Source: the human T2T-CHM13v2.0 reference genome, Homo sapiens
Length of the DNA stretch: 64,000 nucleotides
Direction: 5' to 3' (one strand)
Assembly: GCF_009914755.1 (NCBI RefSeq)
Contig: NC_060930.1
Numbering within the stretch: the stretch's first letter is position 1; every line of letters starts with the position of its first letter. The notes beneath the pieces are model-generated. The model was not told the origin of the DNA and ran no database searches. It was given only the letters and a program-made list of their open reading frames with translations. Below are positions 15,320 to 28,987 of this stretch, piece after piece. The translations under genes and the position numbers were made by a program.

Positions 15320-15740
15320 TCATGAGAATTCCTCGGGGCTGGTGTTGAAAGGAATTTCCCCTGCTCTTGCCAGAGTCTCGAGGGGTGGCCTCCTTCCACG
15401 GGTGAGTAACCACAAGTCCATGTGACCGAACAAACAGCATATTCTTTTGTTCAAAAGAGAAAAACAACATTGAAGGAAATCAGCTGAAGAAAATTGAGAT
15501 GAAAGCCAGTCCACGCCTCAGCATCCTGAGGAAATGTTCTTCCTTGATGCTCTGAGCTCTCTAAGAAGTTACCACAAAACCAAACCCATCAGAAGTTTGC
15601 AGGACGTCCTTGTTTAGAGCTGGGAAATAAACCACGAAACAGCGCAAAGGAGAGTCCAGGCCTGCCAATGCTTCCGCGAACTCCTCGCCCCGACCTCATC
15701 CTTCTCCAGCTCCTACCTGCAGGCCTCAGGTGAGCTCCGG
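15320..15740. promoter_or_regulatory. Candidate inducible promoter/enhancer
   Basis: Perfect NF-kB site (GGAATTTCCC at 15351-15360, GGGAAATTCC on the minus strand); AP-1-like TGAGTAA overlapping RUNX AACCACA at 15403-15414; further ACCAC and GAGGAA motifs; local CpGs. Confidence 0.5.
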
Positions 15741-16997
15741 AGTCTAGTCATTCCTGTTGGGAGGCAAGTGTGTGACTGGTGTGCAAGTCAGGTCAGGAGG
15801 CTGCCTTGGTGTCCAGCAAGTCTTGTTTGCGGAGGCAGGGACTGCTGGGTTGGGGCACTTCCCGACCCTGTTTCTGCTCTTCTCCCCTCTGCAGGCCTCC
15901 TGACCTCCAGGCTCCTTACCCTCCCGCTGGCCTCTGCTCTACACTCATCTTTGTGCCCTGCTTCCAATCATGCCAGGCCTCGGGGTCCCTGTCTCTAACT
16001 TCACCATGAGACTCAGGTGCTTCTCTACACTCCACCCTCTCCAACACTGTTTGGAATCTCAGGCTTGGTCCCAATCCTATGGGCTAACTTTGAAAAGACC
16101 GCTGTTCATAAGGAGAGAGAAAGGAGGAAGAGATGAGAAAGGAAGACAGAGAAAGAAACTCTATGATCACGGTTTTTCCAAAATTCATGGTTAAATTAGA
16201 ACTTACTATGTGCAAATATAGAAGCACGGGTCCACAGAGTTCCAGAGAATGAATGCTGACGACTAAGCACCAGCCTCCACTCCCTGCCCCATAGTGAGTA
16301 TCCCTCCTCTGTGTGCTCATGCTGTGAATCCCCCCCATTCTACCACTTCTCCCCTCATCACTGGCTTGCTGTAGGATCAGAAGTTCCTTAAGAACAAGAA
16401 CCTTCTCCCAGTGTATCCCCAGCACCTAATACAGAAGGTAATAAGGAGGAGGCATCTGCTAAACGCTTGTTGAAGGAGTGAAATTGAGAGACCAGGAAGG
16501 GCCTGCAGGCATTGTGGTGAGCCTGCCTGTTGTCCACGTGGCTGCAGCAAGCAAACATGGGTTTTCCTTGGAAGGACTGTGGGCCATCAACCCATTAATT
16601 GCCGAGTTGCTTCTATCAGGGCAAGGCTGTGGAATCCTGTTATCCTAGACAATGAGGTACAGGGTGCAAGCAGATCTGTGTGCTGCTGTCTTCCGGTAAA
16701 CGGACCAAGTTCTCACTTCCCATCCTCCTCCCCAGTCTCACCCACCCGTGCTCCCAAGAGAGCAATTCATCATGTCAGTGTCTGGTGTTTTCTTGAAGGC
16801 CTGTGCTAAATAAAGTGGATTGTTTATAAAGTGGGATTATTCTCCAAGCACAGAAGCAGATTCCTGGGCAAGTTGTTGCGCTGAGTGTAATTAATGAAAT
16901 GCTTTTTGGACCAAATTGTCCAATGGAATGAGATCACCCACTGCCAGACTGGGTCATTCAGACCCAAAATAGATGGTCTGTATTCAATCCTAGATTT

Positions 16998-16999
<2 letters not shown>

Positions 17000-17034
<35 letters not shown>
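17000..17034. repeat. (CA)n microsatellite
   Basis: About 17 CA units. Confidence 0.98.
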
Positions 17035-17037
<3 letters not shown>

Positions 17038-17153
17038 GCTTAACGTCCTTCGCATCAGGAAACTACCAGAATACAGCAGACTGCGATTGTTAGAAGTGTA
17101 GAGTCAAGGTACCATTTCTAATTTTCTCTTTTTTTCTATAGTCAACACTTATT

Positions 17154-17250
17154 CAGTGGCCGAGATCATGCCACTGCACTCAAGCCTGGGGGACAGAGCG
17201 AGACTCCGTCTCAAAAAAAAAAAAAAAAAAAAAAAACAAAAAAACAAGAA
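17154..17250 (+). mobile_element. Short 3' Alu fragment with A tail
   Basis: ccgagatcatgccactgcactc...gagactccgtctc plus poly(A). Confidence 0.9.
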
Positions 17251-18799
17251 AATTTTCTATGCATCCAGGTTAACATCTTTGAAGCAGCATTTTCTGTCAT
17301 CCACTGGAGCACTCATTTAGACAGGACTGCATAACTGCAAAGCACCCTGGGGCCTGGAGCAATGGTGAGCATGAGGCATTGTAACTTAGATGTTGCTTCA
17401 GTGAGAAAATGCTTCTCCTTCCTTCCAGAAGGAACCAACAGAAAATGAGAGGAGAAAGAAAAGGGCTGAGAAAAGTAGCTTTGACCACTTAGCAACAGTA
17501 TTTCAGAATCATTACTCTAGAGAAAACAAGGAGAACTCAAAACTTTCATAGATTATGTCCCACGCAAAGAGTTTGCAGTGACCTTCAGAAACATTTTCAG
17601 TGACTTGGAGACCTTCCTGCAATGCTGTGCATAAATCTGTCAGCATTGCAATCCATGCAGCCTTATCATCTGAATTCAAATCCTCCCTGGACATTCTGCA
17701 GACTCACCACTTAAATTAGACAACCAGCTAGAAAACACTGTTGCAACACGAAATCCATTCCAAAACTCCACAAAGTGTTGCTCATGGGGGAGATCCATCT
17801 GTGAGTCAAAAAGAGATGAGCTCAAAGGATTTGGGGGTTGCCTCTGTCTTCCCAGAATGTAGCCGTTGCCTGGCAGACAGCATTACAACAAGGGCTGTGC
17901 CTGCACTTGGGCCAAAGAGCTGTCGCTCCTGCTTTGAAATCTTGGCATGACCTGGAGGTTTCCCTCACTTTCTCCCTCCATAACCCAAACCATGGCCAAA
18001 ACCCACTTTCTCGTTTTTCACATGGCTGCTCCTACAATGTTGCTGCTGGGAACCCAGTGGAGTACCTGCCCATTGTTCTCCCAGCCCTGGCCTGTCTATG
18101 TGGCCTCCTCCCACAAAGAGGTGGCTTTTTATCTTCAGTCCAGAGCAAAAGGCTCAGACAGTTACCACGGAAAGAAATGTCACCATAATGAGCAGGCCCT
18201 CCTTTTATCACAGGGTGCTGGGTACTCGACCTGACCTCAGCTGGGCTAGAGAGCCCATGAAGCTCAGGCGGGAGCACTAAACCACCACCCACCTGCATGA
18301 CCCACCTGCAACTCCTCAGCTGTATCCCTCTTCTGCCCAAGCATCCCATCCTGCTCCTTCCCAGCCAGCATCCTTAGTGACCATGAAGCACAGCCTGGCA
18401 AGCTCTTGCCCACAAAGAGTGTAGACAGTTGTTTGCTTCCTCCCCAGAAGGGCAAACCGTAATCACCATGGCATGAGAGAACCCAACCCAGAGAACCCAC
18501 ATTCACATGTGCCTCTGCCCTCATGTGACCTTAAACAGCTAAATGCACATTTCTGATCTCCAATGACATCATGGTCACACAACAGAAGCCCCTTAAAGGC
18601 ACCCAACACAATACCTCATTCATCAGGGTCATGCCAGTCACCTGCTAGTTGGCTCTCAGCTCCATCTGGGCCCTTCGTCTCATTTTCCCTTCTTGGTTTC
18701 CTTGACAAATGGCTTTCCAGAAATTTGTGCGAGCAAAAGGTGCTGGAAATAAGGACCTGCGAGGGTATTTCTTCCTCTTACCTCTAGCACCATCTCGGA

Positions 18800-19090
18800 C
18801 AGTAGCTCCATCTCCCATCAGACAGTGCCCTCCTCCACGGTTCTAGCTCCCACTCAGCAGCCCTGGTTTGGTTTCTGTTTCCACCTGGTGCCCCAGCTTC
18901 TGGTCTCTGGCTAATCCCACCTCTGAGGCCACAGCTGGTGGAGGCTTCCTGCCTTATTCGTCTCTCACCTGCCTCACCATCTGCTGTGTGCCTTCTCAGC
19001 TCCTCCTGGGCAACCAACTCCCTGCATTAATTTCTCTCTGTTGAAACCACTTTGAGGAACTTGTTTCCTGATTGTACCATGAAAGATGAA
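18800..19090 (+). mobile_element. LTR33-like ERVL LTR 3' part
   Basis: tccctgcattaatttctctctgttgaaac...ttgtttcctgattg resembles the recalled LTR33 3' end. Confidence 0.45.
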
Positions 19091-19339
19091 GTGCCCCTCT
19101 CCTTTCTTTCTCATCTATGAATCCAGTTCATTAGGCATCCCCAACTCCTGAGAGCATTTTGTACTTGAAGCCCTTCCCACATATCAAACTCCCCTCTCCC
19201 TATAACAGAAGACCACCCCTATACAGCTAAATGACTCCCCACTAGACCCCTCTCTGCCTTCTCTGGATAGGGAAGTCTTAAACACTTTCCTACCAGGGAA
19301 AAACAATCCACTCCAGCTGAACAAATTAGTCCCCCGAGA

Positions 19340-19925
19340 TGTGTCCAGAGTTGGTTCCTGCCGGTAGGGTTGTGGTCTTGCTGACTTCAAGAATAGAGCC
19401 GTGGACCTTGGTGGTGTGTGTTACAGCTCTTAAAGATGGCATGGACCCAAAGAGTGAGCAGCAGCAACATTTATTGTGAAGAGGAAAGAACAAAGCTTCC
19501 ACACCGTGGAAAAGGACCCCAGTGGGTTGCCGCTGCTGGCTGGGGGCGGTGGCCAGCTTTTATTCCCTTATTTGTCCCCCACCATGTTCCGTTTCTGTCC
19601 TATCAGAATGCCCTTTTTTCAATCTTCCCTGCAATTGTCTACTTTTAGGATCCTGCTGATAGGTGCGTTTTACAGAGTGCTGATTGGTGCATTTTATAGA
19701 ATGCCAATTGGTGTGTTTTACAGAGCGCTGATTGGTGCATTTTACAATTTTCTTGCTAGCTACAGAGTGCTGATTGGTGCGTTTTTACAGTGCTGATTAG
19801 TGCATTTTACAATCCCCTTGCTAACTACAGAGTGCTAATTGGTGCACTTCACAATCCTCTTGCAAGACAGAAAAGTTCTCCAAGTCCCGACTTGACCCAG
19901 GAAGTCCAGCTGGCTTCACCTCTCA
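19340..19925 (-). mobile_element. LTR12-family (ERV9; LTR12/LTR12F-like) LTR
   Basis: The reverse complement starts TGAGAGGTGAAGCCAGCTGG and ends GGACACA; tandem gtgctgattggtgc..ttttac units carry five CCAAT boxes. Confidence 0.9.
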
Positions 19926-20492
19926 CCACCAACTCTGGTGATGTAGGCAAGTCAGCAGACGAGGTAGTCCTAAGTTTCAAAAAGCAAACAACTGCATGCT
20001 CTTTCTGTTGGCAAGGGCTTGCCGGGCTGTGCATTGTGGTAACTAAGGATTCTGGCTTGGAAGGAGCAGGATGGAGAAGTAAACACCGAGCTCCAGGGGA
20101 TATTTTTTAATTCCGGGCTTCAGCATCATCCATCCCCAAGAGCCCCAGATTTTATACATTCTCTCACATCCAAGGTTGTAGAACACCTGACAGTATGGTC
20201 TTCACTGAGACAAGAACAAGCTAATGGTGGTATCCTGGGTGACGTTGCAGGGGGTTCCAGGCATTGTACAATCAGGGACGCATTCCTTCCTAATCAGATT
20301 CAGCAACCTGTTCAGATGAGTCTGGTGTGTCTCCACGCCCATATTTCCCTGGTCAAGGATCCTGGCACCAACCTCATAGTTGTTGAACTACGTTTAACAC
20401 ACCTTCTTTAGTATTTGCAAGAATTTGGGATGGTGTCCACAGCTGGTCTGGACACATTGTTTCTCCACGTGCTTCATCTTTAGAAATATCCC

Positions 20493-20851
<359 letters not shown>

Positions 20852-21090
20852 TAAGTGGCAGCCCATGACACAAACCTCACATCTTTTACATAAGAAGCCT
20901 CCAACTCTCTGCCCAGCTGTCTTCATAGAAGCAGATGGTGTACAGGCTGAAAGCTGCCCCAGCCACTGGGGACCAGGAAACTGCGGACTTGCTTTCCTGA
21001 CTCCTGAAGTGACCAAAATGGAGAATAAGCCAAAAATATCTTGGCAAAGTTAACAAGGGAACGTCATAAGTTGAGCTTAGAGAACACTCA

Positions 21091-21158
21091 GAAATTGCAC
21101 CATGCACTCCAGCTTGAGCAACAGAGCGAGACCTGTCTCAAAAAATAATAATAATAAT
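21091..21158 (+). mobile_element. Short 3' Alu fragment with (AAT)n tail
   Basis: tgcaccatgcactccagcttgagcaacagagcgagacctgtctc. Confidence 0.85.
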
Positions 21159-21284
21159 CATTTAATCTAATGTAAAAACTTTTTTAAAAAAATGGAGGGA
21201 TTTACTTCGGGCTGATTAACTTAGGGATGAAGACAATTGTCGGAGAAGTTTTGTTTCCATGAAGCTTTAAATCCTGCTAAAATC

Positions 21285-21725
21285 TGTATTAGTTTGCTAA
21301 AGCTGCCATAACAAAGTACCAGAAATGGATGGCTTATACAACAGAAGCGTATTTTCTCACAGTTCTGGAGGCTGAACACCTGAGATCAGGTGTAAGCAGG
21401 GCTATTGAAGGAGAATCCATTCCACGCCTCTCCGCTGGCTTCTCATAGTTGCGGGCAACCTTTGGTGTTCCTTAGCTTTAGACACATCACTGCAATCTCT
21501 GTCTTCATCTTCTCATGGAGTTCTCCCTGTGTGCATGTCTGTGTCCAAGCGTCCTCCTTTTATAAGGATACCAGTCAAATTAGATTAGCGCCACCCCCAG
21601 CCACCAACTCCAGTATGACCTCGTCTCAACTAATTCCATTTGCAATAACCTTATTTCCAAATAAGGTCACATTCTGAGGTACTGAGGATTAGGACTTTAA
21701 CACTTGAACTTAGGGGACACAGTTA
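21285..21725 (-). mobile_element. MLT1C/B-type LTR
   Basis: tgtattagtttgctaaagctgccataacaaagtacc...ccttatttccaaataaggtcacattctgaggtact. Confidence 0.85.
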
Positions 21726-22140
21726 ACAGTTCCCCACGCCACCCCGCTAAAATGCACGTGCTTCTCATGGGCAGAATATATTTCACCCCTTCCCTACATC
21801 CCCAAAAGTCTTAAACCGTTCCAGCATCAACTCTAGGTCCAAAATCTTATCCAAATATTCTATAAATCAGATATGGGTGAGACCTGAGGTATGATTCATC
21901 CCTGGGCAAAATTTCTTTCCATCTGTAAATCTATGAAACCAGACAAGTTATCTGTTTTCAGAATGGAAATATCTATCTTATTCCTGTCCCACAGTGGAGC
22001 AAATAGTCCCATTCAAATAGGGAGAAACTGGAAGGAAAAAAGGGGGTCTTAGATAGCAAGCAGGTCTGAAACCCAGCAGAGTAAACTCCATTAGAGTTTA
22101 AAATGGAAGAATATCATCCTTGGCTTGATGCTCTGTGGTT
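21726..22140 (-). mobile_element. MLT1 internal (MaLR-int) sequence contiguous with the LTR
   Basis: ccccaaaagtcttaaaccgttccagcatcaactct...cagatatgggtgagacctgaggtatgattcatcc is typical of MaLR internal sequence. Confidence 0.7.
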
Positions 22141-22659
22141 GATCCTAATATAGGCAAAGCCTTTTTCCTCAATTAATACCTTAGGTCTGGTCCTAAAACG
22201 GCACCTTGCCAAACCTCCCAAGTATAGATTCATAATCTATTGATTCTAGACTCAACACAAGCCTCCTTCTCTCAAGAACTGTAGCCTGGGTCTGTGACTC
22301 TGACACTCAGCAGAAGCAACATTCAGGCTTTAGGTGCAGCCGAACCACCACTGACTGTTACCCCACTCAGTTAAACCTGTCCAGGAAATCAGGATCAATC
22401 TAGGCTTTTCACGGCGTTTGTAGATCTATCACTGGCCAAGCTGTAGGATCCAAGTGAATAACCAATGCTTTCAACACTCTTTCAAAGAATTGTTTCCACT
22501 TGACCTCCAGAATCAGAGCAGGAAGCACAGTCCTTCCAGGAAAGCGGATTGCTATTTCAAATGGTGTGAGGTAGACCTGTGCTCTGCTTCTTAACACCAA
22601 GTTGAAAGATTTCAGGGCCTCCTTAGGATGAAATGGATGCATTTCCTCTTGCCACAACT

Positions 22660-23420
<761 letters not shown>

Positions 23421-23607
23421 TGTTAAAAACAAGGCAAGAAAATAAAATTAAAAGAATTATGATTTATAAAGAAGAAAAAAAGGCAGCATTATTTTCTACA
23501 CTCATGATCTGGTCAAATAATCATGATCCCAAAGCAGCTGAATGTACTGACCACATCTCACAAAAGGAAATCTGAAAAGTCATCACTTGAAACAGGGTAG
23601 TCTAATA

Positions 23608-23773
23608 CAGTGTTCCAAAACACACCCACAGCAGAACCACCTGAACTTGAACATGCATGCTCCCAGGCCCTGCCTCAGGACTACCGAGGCAGCATCTCTG
23701 GAGTTGGTGCCCATTTTAAAGTAGGTCACAATGAGTGGTGATTCTTTTGGGTGATTCCATTTAAGAACCACTG
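23608..23773. mobile_element. MER5-type element
   Basis: cagtgttccaaa...cagaaccacctg...ttaagaaccactg termini. Confidence 0.6.
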
Positions 23774-23834
23774 GTCTTTTAAGAGCACAACTTTTGGTAT
23801 AAAACCAACAGCAAGGCTTGAGAACCAGTTCTGT

Positions 23835-23975
23835 CTTAATTTACTATGTGATCTTGGGGAAAACCATTTAATGTCTCTGAGCCTCGGTGTTTTCTGCTGA
23901 AAAGTGGGAATAATAATATCTACCACACAGAGTCCTTGAGACAGATCAGCTAATGCATGTGTAAAAGGTAAGAGA
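23835..23975 (+). mobile_element. MIR
   Basis: tatgtgatcttgggg...tctctgagcctcggtgttttctgctgaaaagtggg. Confidence 0.75.
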
Positions 23976-24566
23976 AATAGAATGAAGAGATGCATCAGAC
24001 ATGGTTTTGTAGAATCTGCTTTGTAGGTTGTTTTCAGTAGAGGAGACAGCACGCAAAGCTCTTTAAGGTTGGAAGGATGTAGCTTTGTAGGACCTCTCTC
24101 ACAGAGTTGTGAGGAGTCCATGAGCTAGGGCATGCAAAACTCACGGCATCGTGCCTGGCACCCACATAGGTGTCAATAAATGCTCCCCATTGTTACTGAT
24201 CACTAGCCCCATAAAGCTGGGAGGCCAGCATTGTCCAGCTCAGGTGGAGTGAGTATAGTGTGTCTGGTGGGAGGTAGAGGCAGCCAACACAGGACAAGTG
24301 AGACAGGGCCAGAGGAGGAGGCCTGGAGTCCAGGCTAGGAAATCCGTAGTTCCCTGTGCGTGTGTTGGGCATCCACTGACATTTTCTGAACATGGGAATG
24401 ATGAGATTCATCTAGCAGTAGTTGGGGAAGGGACTATTTGAGGGAAAACTCAAGAGACAGAAAGATAAGGCAGGAGACTGTTGTACACACCAGACAAAAA
24501 CCTCTACAAAAGTCAAATGATACAGGAGTCAGCCAGCACAGCAAGCCTTTAAGAAGTCCATGTATG

Positions 24567-24863
<297 letters not shown>

Positions 24864-25414
24864 AGTCCATGTATGAATAAGGAAAAGGTGCCCCTCTAGT
24901 GGATGCAGCCCATGCTGGAGCACCCAGCAGAGACAGCAGAGCTGAGAGGAGAGGGCGGCCCATTTACCCACTGACCAGGGCCTTCGGTGTAATGAGCAAC
25001 ACACATCATATGTGAGAGCTCTGAAGTCACTACGAACAGAAAGAAGAGGGAGAAAACATTTTTTTTCATGTTAATACAGAGCCATTAACTCTTACATTAT
25101 CCTGAGAATACTTCTGCCCTTTTCTCTCAAAGTGCTATTAAATTGTCATAAATTCTTATTTTAATTCCTGCTCATTGACAGCCAAACCCCTGACAGTTAG
25201 AAAGGGTTAGAAGACATTTGGTTGAGAAACTTTTATTGTAGAAAATGTCACAGATTAAAATGACATACCAATATTTTATACAACTGGACATTGTCCTCTA
25301 GGCAAATACATGTGAAAATATGTCCTTCCCAAATTGATTGTCACTGTAGGGACACTCCCTCCGCTTAAGACAAAGTTAGCCAGTCAGTCAACAGATGCCA
25401 TATTCCCTTCATCA

Positions 25415-25876
25415 TGTAGCAGGAAGAGCCACAGACAAAACCCCTCAGACACTGAGTTAAAGAAGGGAGGGGTTTATTCAGCCGGGAGCATTGGCAAGAC
25501 TCCTGTCTCAAGAGCCAAGCTCCCCGAGTGAGCAATTCCTGTCCCTTTTAAGGGCTCACATCTCTAAGGGGGTCTGCGTGAGAGGGTTGTCATCAATTGA
25601 GCAAGCAGGGGGTACGTGACTGGGGGCTACATGCACCGGTAATCAGAACGGAACAGAACAGGACAGGGATTTTCACAGTGCTTTTTCATACAGTGTCTGG
25701 AATCTACAGATAACATAACCAGTTAGGTCAGGGGTCATCTTTAACTACCAGGCCCAGGGCGTGGCACCGGGCTGTCCGCCCGTAGATTTCATTTCTGCCT
25801 TTTAGTTTTTACTTCTTCTTTCTTTGGAGGTAGAAATTGGGCATAAGACAATATGAGGGGGTGGTCTCCTCCCTTA
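25415..25876 (-). mobile_element. LTR2-family (HERV-E/Harlequin) solo LTR
   Basis: The reverse complement starts TAAGGGAGGAGACCACCCCTCATATTGTCTTATGCCC and ends CCTGCTACA; 4-bp TSD atca/ttca. Confidence 0.9.
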
Positions 25877-26410
25877 TTCATAGGTACCCATCAACTACAT
25901 GATGCACGAGGAAATTGGTCACATGTGAAGCCTTCACTATGTGTTTGGTGATGTGCCAGGTGCTAGGAATTCCTTGAGAGTGGGAGGGGACAGCCTCTGC
26001 CTTCAAAATATGCAGTCTAACAGGGAAGACACACAGTGAACAAATACACAAATAGCTACAAAAATGCAAGAGACAGGTAGCCTTCCTGAAAGTGAGTAGT
26101 TGAGTAATTAGAGGGGCGGTATGGACACAAGACCAAAAATACAGACGATCTGGCCTTTTGCAGGGAAAGTTTGCCAGTGACTGCTTAGTGGGTCAGTTTT
26201 CTGGAAGAAAGTCAGTAGTGGGAGCACCCATTCTATTTTATGGAATCAAGGTTGTCCGACTAAAAAAAGAAGGAAAGTTGATAGCCAATTTGCCATCTCT
26301 CTTCTATTGCTTTCTAGATAGACAAGGCCAAAAGAAACTTAACCAGATGAATAAGTGTTTGGAAGGTGAATTCTTTTAAAATTAATTTGTAGAAACAAAA
26401 TGTGGCATGT

Positions 26411-26901
26411 TGTTGTGCCGAACCCCTATTAACCTCGGTAGGGAAGGCACCAGGGTCAAGAGGCTGAAGAAGAGACCCCAAGCCAGCAAACGAGACCTGT
26501 GGCTTTTTTAGGGCCTTACATACAGTGGCAGCAGGCTGGACAGGAGAACCCCCTTACATACAGAAACAGTCCAGTGGCAGCAGGCTGGGCCCCACATCTG
26601 CAGGAAAACCACTTGCAAACAGCATGCAGTTTACATAGCATTTTCACTGAATACCCTTCCCTTAATGACTCCTACTTGGCAACCTTCAGCCAACCCAAAA
26701 CTTAGGACCTCAATCCTCTATATGGCCCAAGTTCCATGGGATGGGTAGGGGGCTCAGATGTCCCTCATAGACAAAGAACAAATCTCCAGGTTGGCCACAC
26801 CCAGATTCTCTAGTTCAGAACACACATTCAGGGGCATCTGCCACACGGGGTGATTCTCAGGGTATGCTTGAATTATTGCTCTCAGGTGTGTTTACCCTAC
26901 A
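26411..26901 (-). mobile_element. LTR47-like ERVL solo LTR inserted into L1MB
   Basis: The reverse complement starts TGTAGGGTAAACACACCTGA..GCAATAATTCAAGCATACCCTGAGAAT; 5-bp TSD catgt/tatgt. Confidence 0.75.
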
Positions 26902-27290
26902 TATGTACATTCAATGGAAGGATATTCAACCTTAAAAAGAAGGAAGTCCCATCACATGCTACCATGTGGATGAATCTTGGGGACATTATGCTCAGTGAAA
27001 TAAGCCACGCCCAAAAGAACAAATCTAAATGATGCCACCTGTATAGCATATCTAGAGTAGTCAAATTCATGGAGACAGAAAGGAGCCTGGGGAATGTTAA
27101 GGGCTGAGAAGAAGTGCAGTGATGACTTGTTTAATTGGAATAGTTACAGTTTTGCAGGACTGAAAGTTCTGGAGATCTGTTTCACAACAATGTGAGTATA
27201 CCAAACACAAAAACATGGTTAAAATGGTAAATTTTATAGGATTTTTTTTACCACAATTTTAAAAATTTGAATTTTTAAAAAAAGAATTTT
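26902..27290 (+). mobile_element. L1MB 3' end
   Basis: ggatgaatcttggggacattatgctcagtgaaataagcc...ggttaaaatggtaaatttta. Confidence 0.85.
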
Positions 27291-27944
27291 TAGAATCTAG
27301 AGAAATGATACAAAAAAAAACTTAGAGTTGTTTAGGGTTTCATATGAAGCATCATGCTGTTTGACAAATTTTAGTGTTTCTGGATAATATATCATGAAAA
27401 CTGGATTGAGAAATAATGATTAGATCTCCCCATGTTCTTGCCAGAGATACGCACAGTTTTTATGAAGTTGCATTAGCCAATAATAACCCCCATTAGCAAA
27501 CAAGCCCTTGGTTGGACAAGAACACTCCATCTATCACTGGCCAAGCCGGCCAATGTACAGTGAAAGCTCACTAAAGGACACTGTTTAAGTCAAGCACTGC
27601 TCACTGCTCCCTCCTTCTTAAAGCATTCTTTGCTCATGGACTCCGTGAGCCTACTCTGTCCTGGGTTTCCATACATTGCTTTAGCTGAGCCTTTTCAGTT
27701 TTCTTTGATCACTCATCTTCTCCAAGCTTAGCCTTTAAATATATGAATTCTTCAGGGCTCTATCCCAGACCACTCTTCTCCTCTTTCTGTAATCTCTCCC
27801 TCTAGACAATCTCATCCACAGTCATGGCTTTCATTATTCCTACATGTCAAGAATTCTCAAATTCATATCACCTGTGCAGATTTCTTCTCTGAGCTCCAGG
27901 TCCATATATGCAAATGCCTTCCTAACATCTCCCCTTGGATACTG

Positions 27945-28407
27945 TATGGGTTGAGGTACAAAGAGACCCAAAAATACAATGCCTTAAGAAAGGTAGAAGT
28001 ACATTTCCCTCTCAAATCACAGTCCAGCAATAGGCAGGCCCAAGCTAATGGAGGGGTTCTGCCATCCTCAATACAAGGTTCCTAGCTCTGGATTCAAGAA
28101 GACCATGGCAATTTCTATTGCCACATTTGCTTCCCAGCCAGCAGGAAGGGGAAGCGGCAGGGGGGCGGGGGAAGGAGGGACGCCATAAGTTATTTCCTGC
28201 CAAGGGTATGACCCGGAAGCTGCACACATCACCTTCACTCACATCCCACTGGCCAGAAGTCAATTGCGTAGACACACCTAAATGCAAGGAAGGTTAGGAA
28301 ATGTCTCTAACTGAACAGGCGTATTCCCAGTTAAATTCAGGAGGACTTCTCATTAAAAGAATAAGGGGAGAACAGCTGTAGTAGTGTATCAGCATCCTCT
28401 GCTGCAG
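27945..28407 (-). mobile_element. MLT1J-type LTR
   Basis: ctcacatcccactggccagaa...aaatgcaaggaaggttaggaaatgt...ggggagaa. Confidence 0.7.
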
Positions 28408-28570
28408 ATATCTCAAAAGCTCTTCAAGTTGACATGTCCAAAACCAAAGTCAGGCTCATGCCCTCCCAGGTCTGAACCTCTATCAGTGAGTATTATACGC
28501 CGGTGAACGCCACCACCATCCACCCCGCTATTGCTCCTCAGAAATCTCAGCACCTGTATACACTCCTCTC

Positions 28571-28900
28571 TCCCTCACCTGTAGATCTAACTCAGTACTA
28601 CGCCCTGCTAATTGTTAATCATGAAGCTTCTTCTCTTAGTCTTTCCTGCCATCCTAACGTGAGCATCCATGATCTCTCACCTGGACCACTGCAGTAGCCT
28701 CCTAACTGGGTTCCTTGCCCTCACACCGTGCCCTCTCCCTCACCTCTAGATCCAACTCAGTACTACGCCCTACTAATTGTTAATCATGAAGCTTCTTCTC
28801 TTTGTCTTTCCTGCCATCCTAACTTGAGCATCCATGATCTCTCACCTGGACCACTGCAGTAGCCTCCTAACTGGGTTCCTTGCCCTCACCCCATGCCCTC
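28571..28900 (+). repeat. 165-bp x2 tandem duplication
   Basis: 28571-28735 versus 28736-28900: 7 mismatches, ungapped. Confidence 0.97.
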
Positions 28901-28987
28901 CCTTCCATTCTTGATACGACAGCCAGGGTGGTCTTTTCCCAGTGCCAAAAGGGTGTTCCAGTCCCCCCATTAAAATCATGCATTGGC

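Noticed and set aside
19650-19860. Repeat-spacer-like array of gtgctgattggtgc units
   Set aside because: This is the standard LTR12 U3 tandem repeat, not a CRISPR array or a novel one.
24886-24902. CTCF-like CCACTAGAGGGGCAC on the minus strand
   Set aside because: An extra G displaces the conserved GGC; too weak without ChIP data.
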